DNA of 64,000 nucleotides from Orbicella franksi (Eukaryota): NCBI GenBank assembly GCA_964199315.1, contig OZ116698.1, positions 25,358,001 to 25,422,000 of the forward strand, read 5' to 3'. Shown piece by piece: positions 13,001 to 27,841 of this stretch (position 1 is its first letter; each line of letters starts with the position of its first letter). The notes under the pieces were generated by a model. It saw only the letters and a program-made list of their open reading frames with translations, ran no database searches and was not told where the DNA came from. The position numbers and the translations under genes were made by a program.

Positions 13001-16000
13001 ATCTATCCTCATTTTTATTTTTGTCGTTCAGAGGTGAGTTAGAAGTAAAAATGCTTTTAAATAGAAGGAATCAAATCTAGATTACTGTAAAATTCTCATC
13101 AAAACATACCCTTCCTCTTCTTAATTTAACCCTCTCGCTTCGCGTTACGATTTAAAGAAGCGCATGCGGCAGCCTCAAGTCAAAGTTGCCTCCTTTTCTT
13201 CTCACCCATTCGATTTGTTTTATACCGTTAGTATATATGCCATCTTACAAAACAGGGTATTCATGAATTACTGAGGTATTTGCTGACTTTTTTTGTGTCG
13301 CCAAGCGACACAAAATGAACGTGCAGGTGATACGAAGACTTGTTTTGAAACGGAAGCAAAAGTCGCGTCAAAAGTGACCTATTGTTGTATTGGGGTAAAT
13401 AATAGTCTGCAATATCCAGCAATATTAGTTCGACGGAATCGGAGCCTGTTTTTACCTGTTTATATCGACGCTTAACTGAGCCATGTATTGTTGACTTGAA
13501 CCTGACGACGACTCGCCCCAGGCGGCCTTCACGCCTGCGTAGAAGCCGAAGAATGAGCCTGATACCCCGGCCTCCTCTTGCAAATGGGACTGGAACTCAG
13601 AGCGACTCTCAAACGTCAGCATGGTGGCTTTAGTGTCATAAATACCATGTACATTCATTGTATCCGGGACATCATAATCATCGTACCTATCAAATCAAAA
13701 CTTTGAGTGTCTCGCACTGATTCCATGAAAACGTGCAGGCAGATTAAAAACTAAATGGAGAAAAGGTTTAGAGTTAATACTTACAGGGATGTGATCAGAT
13801 ATACTTCTTAAGTTGTTTATTAAACAAAATGACGCGGAGTCCACGCTAATTAAAGCCGTGCCTCTTACATTCCTTCTTTGACCCACAGGTAAATACAAGT
13901 CGAATGCTAACTACTCACTTTGCATATCTACTTCTACAATTAAATTTTGACGTTAACAGTTTCTAGTAATAGATGCAAGATAAACCACTCTTGAATTTCG
14001 GCGACTTTCAAATCAGTAATCAAGCAATGAAATCAAGTTTTTCAGTGCTAAAATAAAAACATTATTGTTGCCATTCAAATGAATTGGTATTCTTGTTCTC
14101 AAACACTCGATTTAAGCTGGTCAATGAACAAAATGTGAGTAGAGCTGGCAGACCGACGAGAAAATTATTTGGCTATGTTACTTGAAATTTCAATACGTGT
14201 AAACAGTGTTAAGACTACTTACGTTGCTTTCCCAGCGCAGCTTCTTTGCACGATGCTCATTTTTCTTGATTCAGGACTGTACTCACCACGCCCATCAAAA
14301 CCCACTCCCATGAATGCCGCGCCGTCAATCATGTTCTGTCGGTGATTAAAAAAAGATATCATGATGAGGCCTTATTTCTATCCCGTTTTGTCAGTTAGTT
14401 AGTATAAAGTGTCATCACTTCATTGCTATATGAGAAGCACGGTTTCCTCGTGGTTAGTGCTCCAAGTTTGAGCCCTGGCCGGGGACATTGTTTTGTGTTC
14501 TTGGACAAGACACTACTCTCACAGTGCCTCTCTCCACCCAGGTGTATAAACGGGTAGCGGCGAATTTAATGTTGGGGAGTAACCCTGCAATGGACTAGCA
14601 TTCCATCCAGGGGGGAGTAGAAATACTCCTAATCGCTTCATGCAACTGAAACTGGAGATAAGCGCCGGCCTGATAGACCAACTGGTTCGTGTGCAGACTT
14701 TACTTTTACCTTTCTTTAGTGCTGTGGGGTTCGATGTAAACGTTATAAAGAAATACTCATTTTCTCTTGGCTTAAGCTATTCAGTAAGCCCACTTACTCA
14801 CCAAACAGGCGTCCAGTGTCCACTTAGCCACGTAACAAGGATCGCCTTCCTTGTACCCAGTCCCATAGCATCCGTTCATCATCACATTCCCTAAGCCTGC
14901 TGGGTAAGTAAAAGCAGCTTGTTCAGCTTCTTTTGGAGAGCCCGCGTCATCGGTTATTTTTGAATCCAGGTGATAACCAGGCGGAACAAACATGTCTTCT
15001 GACTGCCAGCCCTTGTCTGGAACAATATCCAGTTTTATCTGTCAAACAAAAATAAATATAGCGTCACTTTGGCCCAGTGAGCGTCGTGTGCTGTTTTTGC
15101 GCTGATGACTTGTCTTTAACATCACTTTTAACGAATCATCTTATACCTCAGTGTACCAATTTTATTCTTTCATGATCACTCCGATCGACACTGATTAGAT
15201 TCGTCTCATGAAAACATAATGTTATAATCACCTCGTAGCAGTAAGTATACAGAGCAGTAAGTTAGAAAATAAAATTTCCTGACCGGAGTTAACAAAGGAG
15301 AGGTAGAGTACAGGAAACGTGTTTCAATTGTTTCATTTTAGTGCGCAGTTTTCTCATGTTTCCCTGGAAATGCGTTGTTGTGTTGTTCTTGGAATCAACT
15401 TTTGATGTTTGGACTGTTGTCGAAATTTTGAGATCTTTATGGGGTCTTTTGTATTAGCTTCCAGCTCAATGGCTGGCTAACTGAGAAGCACATTAGTCTG
15501 ATAACCATAAGTAAATTGCTGCACGTTTATTTTAAACTTTTTGTGGATAAGAAGTGGGTTAGAAGTATGGAAAACCAATAGAAGGTCTTAACATTTTATA
15601 GATAATGCAGTCAAAGTTGTTGACGGTCTGATTGATGGAGTGCTGTCAGTTAAAATTTCGGCCCATTTCTCCGCTATAAATATGTTTTGCAAAGTTTAGA
15701 TCTCAGTGAAAAAAACGCGTCATATGGGTTAAGAAGTTAGGGAGACCGAACAAAAACACAATAAAAAACCGTAATCGATACTATAGTCTTGTTGGTGTGA
15801 TCTTACCTCTTTTTTCAGGAAATTTTCCGCCTTTTCTTGTGCCTCGTCAATGATCTGCAGTTGTTTGTCGACCATTTGTCCCATGACTTCAATTCCTTTC
15901 TCCACCACAGCACCTTGTACATCAGCTGCAGCGGCAGCAGCCATCGGCGAATTTAGTCTCACGGGCCCAGCTGTTCGTCTAGTCACTGGCAACATGTTTT

Positions 16001-17433
16001 TCCGTGCCTCTTTTCGCGCCATTTTAGGGATTCTTTTGGCATTTTTGGGTTCTGTGGAAAGTTCATTAACTTTTCTCATACATTCGTTTAAGCTTATTTT
16101 CTCAAAGGAGCTCAGTCACGGCAGTTTGGTTTATTTTGGCCATGATCAAAACTACCTTTAAACGGAAGGAAACCTGAAAATAGTAATTTACTAAGATAGA
16201 AAAAAACCAAAGAGATAGTGATAAACCTTAAGGATGGAGAAGATTAACACAGATTACAAACAATGAACTTGAAAAGTTAAGGCTAAAATTTTTAAGGTGT
16301 GAAACTGTGACGTAACTCCTTTAACCACAGCATAATTGACTTAATGGTTGTAAAAATATTTACTGGCAAAACTGTTACTGAAGATAATTTGTGTTTACCT
16401 GATATCTCTCGCGCGTTCCAATTCCGCGCTATATATTACCTGTATTCTGATTGCTGGACATCAGTCGAATCAGTAATCGTACCTTCTACGATGCGGTTTT
16501 GAAAACCACTTTTTTCATTCTTCAGAGGTGATCCCGAAGTGGCATTCACATTGTTCTGAGGCCGTCGTGCTCCACTCCCATTATCATTAAAGGCCATCCA
16601 GGCTAGATTTTTAACGTCCCCTCGCGATCCTTGCACATTTCTGCTCCGTTCGCGAGCCAGTTCTGGGCTTGCATCAGGATTTGTTTTGCCAGTCCCTTGA
16701 TAATATCCAGGTACAAACGAAGCAGGGTGGGGCGAGGAGGTATATTGCAACTGCTGCTGGCTGGTACTTAAATTTGTATTGAACGTATTTTGCCGTTTTC
16801 CTCTGCTGATGTAGGCTTTGGACCGTCTTCCCTCAGATCCAACAACAGAGGCTTGAATAGAGATAAAAATCAGACCGTTAGTGCGTTCTATCTTCAAATG
16901 GAAGGAAAACCGGTTGCTCAGAAATTCGTGATACTCGCGATGCGCTATCCCAGGGGGAATCCCATATGAAAAGGTCGGGAATGCTCGTCGGAGAATTTGA
17001 ATGAAAACCCTAAAGGAGACCAATCTTGGTGTGGCTCGAGCTTAATTTGACCCCTAAAAGATACCACTTAAAACAGAATAGGCTTGATTACCAGCCGTTG
17101 TTCAGGAAAGGAGCTCGCGCTTGTAAACAGTACTCGAGAGACGGACGGAAATCGAGCCTAAAGACGGAAATAAGAGCGTTTTTTATTATTTTTATTTCCT
17201 TGAGTGCACCCTAAAAGATACTTTAAGGGCTAAAAAATAGCGGTGTTTCGTTATGAACACCCTAAGTGAGACGAGAGAGCATCCCCAACCTTTTCATATG
17301 AGAGTTGCCCCCGGGGATAATTTACTCATAAAACCGAGGATCTCTTGTATGTAGATTGTTATCTATACTGATCAGATGAGAAGAGAACGTTGGTCTTACC
17401 TACTAGAACAAGAAATATGATTGCTGTCTTCAT
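7034..17433 (-). CDS. Secreted MACPF / FAMeT-like / furin-like / pentraxin-like protein, copy B (complete, 1279 aa)
   Basis: 13 coding exons, all GT-AG, total 3840 nt in frame: 17433-17400, 16851-16483, 16051-15807, 15038-14802, 14335-14223, 13686-13456, 12909-12797, 12358-11739, 11170-10469, 10008-9651, 9245-9099, 8620-8353, 7436-7034. N-terminus MKTAIIFLVLVASVVGS looks like a signal peptide. MACPF motifs GVGFDGRGEY and RWGTHYIKSSKFGG. Exon 2-3 boundaries are the least certain. Confidence 0.88.
7769..8116. mobile_element. tRNA-derived SINE with an inverted duplicate of its 5' part (fold-back), in the last intron of copy B
   Basis: tRNA-like head with B-box-like ggttcgattcc. Arms 7769-7878 / 7966-8075 and 7907-7934 / 7938-7965 are reverse complements. 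A 15-bp direct repeat cactatttgtgatgt at 7758-7772 and 8117-8131 looks like a target-site duplication. Confidence 0.8.
14432..14713 (+). mobile_element. tRNA-derived SINE with conserved central (Deu/Nin-like) domain, in intron 4 of copy B
   Basis: Degenerate tRNA head followed by cagtgcctctctccacccaggtgtataaacggg...ccctgcaatggactagcattccatccagggggg and a short T-rich tail. Family recognised from memory, not by search. Confidence 0.65.
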
Positions 17434-20020
17434 TGACCTGCAAGAAATGGCGTTTAAAACAATCAGATAAGACCCTTAAAACTTAGCCTCAAGTTTGAAG
17501 TAGAAACTAGAAACAGCACCTCACTTTTAACATGGGTCCAAGCACTGAAAGGCTATCCTATTTACATATTCGCTATATGTTATAACTACCCTTATGATGA
17601 GCTCTTGTTAGTTCTTTTGTGCCCACGGAAATATTGCTTTTTAGAGAAAGTCGTCAGCTTTGAGCTTTTGTTTTATCAGAATCCATTCAATTTATTTCCC
17701 TAAACTGATGTATATGGTCTGTCTGGTTCGTCTGTGACCCCCAGTGGCATTTGACAAAGGTGGCTTTTTTTCGTTAAAATCCCTCTCCAGGGGTTCCAGT
17801 GGCATGCTGGGACACCAGCTGTAGAACTTTTCGCTCTATTTGTGTTCTTTGTTTCTCACGCCAGGGTGAAAATACAAGTTCATTGACTGACCTTTACTGT
17901 TATTTCTCTATTGTCTAGATGTTACACCGCAAAAAACAAACAAACTGACTAACTAACAAACTAACATAAATCCAGTATTAAAATTGTTTACATATTGTGA
18001 AGTTTTAAGATTCTTGAACTATTAAACTGAGCCGGCCTGGCACCACCATTACATCCACGTCACTTTGTGGAGTATTGGCTGTAACCAACAAATCACATTA
18101 AACATCTGCCATAAATAACATTAAACATTTCTCATAAAACTAAGTTTTGTATCGTAGTTATTGCGATTAAACAAGCACGCAAACAAACTAACAAACAAAG
18201 GAGCCAAAAATAAACTAAAAACAGGCAATAAACAAGTCACCACTGCACTTGGTTAAATTAAAGTTGGTTGACTTTTCAGTGTTTTCAGGGCTAATATAAA
18301 GACCGGGCAAAATTGGATGTTTGTGTTTCCTGCCTCTTATACATTTACCTTTTTTTTTTTTTTAATAATCTTTTGTATAAAACAGTCAGTTTTACTTGAT
18401 TTCCACATAGTTCAGTCGAACCGTCGTTGGGGAACATAGGTCATAAGTCATGTCTTAATAAATTCCCCTTGCATTCTACTAAGAAAAGGGTCCCTCTTTC
18501 TCTTAGAACCAGGCAGTTAAAACTACTGGTAACTTTTACTTAATTTCAAAACATAGAAAGTGCTTCTTTACCTCGTAGAGTTCGAGTCCCCCCCAAAAAT
18601 GTTGTTGACACCAAAACGGAACGGAAACAGACTGACCGTGTCTGTGACTGAATTCGAATTTGTTGACATAATGAACTACGTGGCAAGCTTCTGTGGTTCT
18701 CACCAATCAGAGGTACGACTCGAGCAGGGTCCTTAAAGGACCTACAAGCCGTCCAGCCTGAAATACTATACACGTTGCAATACAAGTAAGTCAGTCTCTA
18801 ACTAGAAGCAGGAAAGGTTGAAAAATCTATGTGGCTTTGTAGCGTCAGTTTATTGCGTGGCAGCCCTTTTGTAGTGTTATTTTACTATCGCGGATTAAAT
18901 TAGTTTAGAACTATTCGAGTTTCACGGATGTCTGTTTGAGGAGTAACCAACCAGTGGAGGTGACTGAGTTCAAGACCGCTCCCTACTGTGCACAGTACGG
19001 ATGTCTCTAACACAAAGTAATTATCTTTTCAAAACTACTAGCTACACTGTACAACTAACCTGGCTGAATTCAACTGACCCTGGTTTGGTTAAAAACAACA
19101 GACGTCAAAAGTTTGACAAAATTTGCCATTGGGTGAAAGCTATGTTTTAATTCTAAAGCGGCTTTCATTGCTATTTGTGTATTCTGTTTTCAGGAGAACG
19201 TCTGGTTTTGATATGAGGCTGAGTGGAAACGTGGTTTTCTTTTTGTGGTGATTTGACAGCTCTGAAAATGTTCTTTAGATTTTTAAAAATTACTTGGTAT
19301 TTCAGCAGGTCAGTCCGGACATAAGTGGGAAGCTTGTCCGATTTAGAACATTGTGGACTGTACTAGTAAGTTACATAGGACATGTTCGGTCGGAAGTCAA
19401 ATGGAAAGGTCCGTTTCGGACCCTTCCGACCGGAATATTCGGGATCACCTCTGGAGGTGGTCTACTTATTTCGGTCGGACCGGTCCGACTGAAATTTGCA
19501 GTTCCATTTTTGACAAACCGGCGCATTGCCCTATTCATTTTCACTTACATATGGAATTCGGAAAAGGAATAAAAAATGGTAACAGCCACTCCTCTTGGCT
19601 GGCCTGGTTTGATCGGAAAATGTCGTTCCATTTTTCTCGGGTATTCCCACTGGTCTCTGACTGGTCAGTTTAGTATAGTGGAAGCACGCCACGTGAATAC
19701 TTTGCATGATTGGACTTCATTGCCGCTAAGCATGTTCCGGTTTCCATCACAATCTCTACAAGAATGAAACATTTTGGGCCATCAGCCATTCACTAAGGTA
19801 CGAAATGAGTCATAATCAATGGAATCGGTACTGATAACCAAGGTTGTACGGAGATAAAAAAATACGGGCGTCGTCTTCTTTGGATAAAGATCAGATTGGT
19901 AGGATAATAAGTCGAACTGAGTGAGCTGGAAGCATCCGCCCGCATAACTTTTCGAAAGACTGGAGCGAGTGTCGTCAGGACACGACACTCATCCCCAGTC
20001 TCTCTCGCTAACATTCCAAG

Positions 20021-20683
20021 ATGGAGGACATTTGTAGCCAACTTGACCAACTTACGATTGAATTTTTCGACATTCTCGAACGACTTCACGAGAAGAGAGA
20101 ATATCTGAACGCTGCAATAAGAGATGGCCATCTCAACTTGTCAAAGGCGCGTTATTCAATGGGAAACAAGTCCGTGGGAGCTTTGCAATACAGTCATAAA
20201 ATGGACCATGCCTTGTATCACATTGGAGGTGTTTACTCCGAAGAACAATCAGAGGACACCTGTGTGGCATTTGAGCTGAAGAAATCTTCGCCTGGAAAAG
20301 TAATGGAAACTTTAAAAGCTGATATTGATGAAAAGGATGAGGAGAGAAACGTTCTCAGGAGGCGAAAACCACAAAAATCGGACAGTTTGAACGATGAAAT
20401 TACAGGCATTGAGGAATTGAGTCTTTCCAAAGGGGAAAAATTACCATTAGAAAGTTCCAGTAATGGCTTTGTACAAGATCCCCTTAAATGGTTTGGAATT
20501 TTGGTTCCTGGATGTTTAAGAACGGGTCAAAAGAACTTTCAGAGCGCCATTGAACTAAGCTGTGAGATGGTAAACTTCGAAATCAAGTTGAAAGAAATAA
20601 TAGAGAAGTTTAAGGCTTTAAAAACTCGTAAAAGAGAACTCATTTTCGAGGAAAGTAAAAAGTCCCAAGATGTTGAGGCTTAA
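20021..20683 (+). CDS. CCDC115: V-ATPase assembly factor CCDC115 / Vma22 (single exon, 220 aa)
   Basis: ORF with N-terminal helix, G-x-L-N-L-SKARYSMG motif and C-terminal DPLKWFGILVP motif followed by a coiled coil, typical of Vma22/CCDC115. Confidence 0.9.
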   Translation: MEDICSQLDQLTIEFFDILERLHEKREYLNAAIRDGHLNLSKARYSMGNKSVGALQYSHKMDHALYHIGGVYSEEQSEDTCVAFELKKSSPGKVMETLKADIDEKDEERNVLRRRKPQKSDSLNDEITGIEELSLSKGEKLPLESSSNGFVQDPLKWFGILVPGCLRTGQKNFQSAIELSCEMVNFEIKLKEIIEKFKALKTRKRELIFEESKKSQDVEA

Positions 20684-22752
20684 GATTTATCTTTCCAGAA
20701 GGAAAGCGGAATTTATTTTGTAATTAATCAACTATTTGCTGTTAACTTGAAGTAGCCCTTATGTGGTTAAATATTCATGTGTGTTCAGGTACCAAAAAGA
20801 AAAAAAAAAGAATCTTTAGGTAGAGGAAGTAAATTGTGCTTGAAATTAAGGGTTAACTGCCCTAAATTCTCCAGTATAGTATCAAACTTAATTTCATATA
20901 TTTGCATACATGCATTTACACCATAAATGTTAATGACTAGATGAGAATCTAGTGTAAAATGTCAAGAATCCTAATTAGTATCCTCAGGGACAAGAGACTG
21001 GTACATGTAGTGGACAACTAATAATAAAAACATAAGCCAAAGAAACTATCTGCTTTGGAACTTGCCAAAAAAGTATTTTTATATTAGATATAAATTCAGC
21101 AGAATATCCTAACGTGCTCAAAAGGAGTGGCTTGCCATGGAGAAAAGGCAGTTGTATGTACAAGATTTTCCTGGCCCTTTCAGCCCTTCCATATTAACCT
21201 GAAATAGCCAAGGGGCCGAGGAGGGGGACTTAGATCCAAGGCAGGGGCGGATCAAGGGGGCGTGTGCACGGGGTGTGCAACCCCCCTCCCCGCACAAGAT
21301 GAGGCCTTCTTCGTATTCACTTTTAAAATTTGTCTACCTCACCAGTCAGTTATGCCATTCCTTAGTGGTGCACCCCTCCTAGGAAAAATCCTGTGCTTAT
21401 AACTGGTATAAAAAAAGTTATTAACATCCAGGAGTATCAAAAGACATACTCCACTTACTGGTTTCTGACATTGAAACTCTAGTTCATTGCAATATGTGGG
21501 ATTCAAAACTGGATCATAACAAAACAATCTCAGACCTCAAACTTGTTCTTGGAGATGGAGCCAAGTTCCCTATTTTTTGTTTATCTTTTTGGCAGCAAGA
21601 AACACAAAGCAAAAGCAAGGAAACAAACACAAATCACAGACAGAGAAAAAGGTTATTATATAAGGCCTCTCCATAATAGCACTGAAATACTGTGGGACAC
21701 AAATAAAGCCTTCTGAAACTGTTTAAAACTGAAAGCTGTCGAAGACAAGCTCTGCATGTCAGTTTTTAATGACTGTTACTTAACAAAGTGGTTTCCTTAA
21801 TAGAGTTTGGCAGGACCTGTATCCTTACAACTTTCAACTGGAATTACTCAGTATTAATGTAATCCTGACCTTCTAAAAAACAAAACAAAATCCCTGCCAC
21901 ATGCATAAAACACAATTTTATTACTATTAAGTACATAAGCAGTAAGTAGAAATAAACATTATATGAAAGGGACCCCAAGCTAAACTCTGGGTACAGTGTA
22001 CCTGTTAGTTAGCACCTCAGACTCTGCAACATACCAATGTATCTTGCTAAACAGAGGACAGCTTCATTTTGCATAAAAATCAGACCTTGTGAATCCTGGT
22101 TAAGCTGAATCCCAGGTTTATATTTCAGAGCTCAGTGTTCAACTGATAAGATATGTTACACATAGTTTCCAAAACAAATGTTTCTTTTAGCATCTATTTG
22201 ATAAACATGTATAATGGCCTTTCCAACTTTCAGGTAATACATAACTACAAAATGTACATGAAGCATTGAGCAAGATGTAATCAGTTTGCACCATTCTCTC
22301 TACATTTTAAACCAAATTCTCTTGTTAGTGTTTTTGTCCTCATCATACAATCCTCTCTAATGCTTAATAGAAAGATTTCTTGACAGGAAGAAGTTTGGCA
22401 TTATCAGTCTGGTATGAAAATTAAGGCCTGATTGAACTATTTAGGAAGAAACCCTTCTATCAAATTCTTTCAGGAGAAAGATAAAAGCTGCATGTGACAA
22501 GAGAACTGGGATGCTGAAATTTGGACTTGGAAGTGTTTAAGTGAGATTTATTCTTACAAAGTTCCTTGAACAAAGTTTATCCATGACTTGTCCAGACCTA
22601 CAAAGTATTGTAAAATAATTTTTAATGTCTTGCATTCAACATCTGTCCCGGGTTTTGCCTGCATCTGAGGTTGCCACATTCAATACAAAGTTGCTAACAA
22701 CAAATAAGGTTTATAAGGAAGTGCGAGGATTTTCATAAATTAAAACTACAGT

Positions 22753-26471
<3,719 letters not shown>

Positions 26472-26667
26472 TTTTGAGAGAATGACAGTGCACGTTGCGC
26501 GGTCGGAGAATTGGAAACGACTTGTTTACTCATGCTCAGTGTAGACAACCGCTCCTGGCTTGCGGACTCAAAATTGCACCACAACATGGTAAAGTGGAAA
26601 GTAGAATGGTCTGAATCGCGGTGAAAATAAGGTAATATTTTCTTTGGTTGGCGTAATAGACGACACC
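26472..26667. promoter_or_regulatory. Putative bidirectional promoter and 5' UTRs between PSMA4 and EFL1
   Basis: Divergent start codons are only 196 bp apart (26471 on -, 26668 on +). Transcription start sites cannot be seen in the sequence. Confidence 0.7.
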
Positions 26668-27810
26668 ATGAGAACCACCACTCCTCAGCATCTTTCTGAG
26701 CTCCAGAAAAATTCAAAAAATATCAGGAATATTTGTATTTTGGCCCATGTTGACCACGGTAAGTTTGAGAAGTTGAAATATTCAAGTAAAATTTGAATGC
26801 TTTTGTTTTCTTTGGATTAGCCCATATTTCATCTCATTTATAAATCACGCTTTGTAGGTAAAACAACAATAGCGGATGCATTGGTAGCTAGTAATGGGAT
26901 CATTTCACAACGTATGGCAGGCAAAGTAAGTCTTCTCTATGTAAGCGCTAGCTTGTACAGTAGGGCCACAGAACATGTCCACACGTGAAACAGTCATGTC
27001 TTAAACGGCAAGGAAATAGCAAGCTGTCTAAAGAAACGCCAAGAACACTTAAAAAATAGTCTAAATACAAAGTTTAATAGCTCACTAGGTTGAATGGGTT
27101 ATCATACAAACCCTTTCCAATATCTATCCCCAACCTCCCCCCTCCCCCCTATCCTTGACCAGGGTTGATATAGGGATGCCCTATTCTGAACTTTGTCTTA
27201 AGTCCAGTAGGTGGGGAAGGGACCTGGCTGAAGGGCTGAATATTTAAGACTAAAACTTTTCTAGTATAATCTAGGGATGTGTTGAGTTGAAAAAGTGACC
27301 AAGAGTCCCTTGGGGGAGGGGGGCGGGGTGGTAAGTGTAAGATTGATATCTTAGGCTTGATATCTGCCACTTTCTCAGGTCTGGTTGCATTTCTCCTTCG
27401 GGAGAGGAACACAGACTTTTTTCCCAAGCAGCAATGGGTGATCAAGCCTATTGGCTTCTCTAATTTTATGATGTTTGATACAGTGTATGTTGGGAGTTAG
27501 TTATCTATCTTTCATCTTCATTGTTAGATGATTTTGTTGAAGTAAAATGAAAGAACAGTGAAAGGAAAGATTTTGATAAACTGCTATTAATAATGAATTA
27601 TTTTATCAGTTAAGATACATGGATAGCCGTGAAGATGAACAACTTAGAGGAATAACAATGAAATCAAGTGCAATCTCTCTGCTTTTTACCAAAGGTTAGT
27701 TGGAAACAATAATAATAATATTGATTTTAATGATTAGATTTTTAATTATTGTCTATTGTAGAAGGCCACAAGTTTATTAGTTGTATAACTATTACGTGTT
27801 TTACCCTCTA

Positions 27811-27841
<31 letters not shown>

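Noticed and set aside
16436-17023. Standalone 195-aa gene
   Set aside because: The central part (16851-16483) is exon 2 of copy B, in phase with the signal-peptide exon and exon 3; the rest is intron read-through.
19290-19700. Coding ORFs at 19294-19767
   Set aside because: They overlap a partially palindromic repeat (ggaccggtccgac motifs) and show no recognisable protein features.
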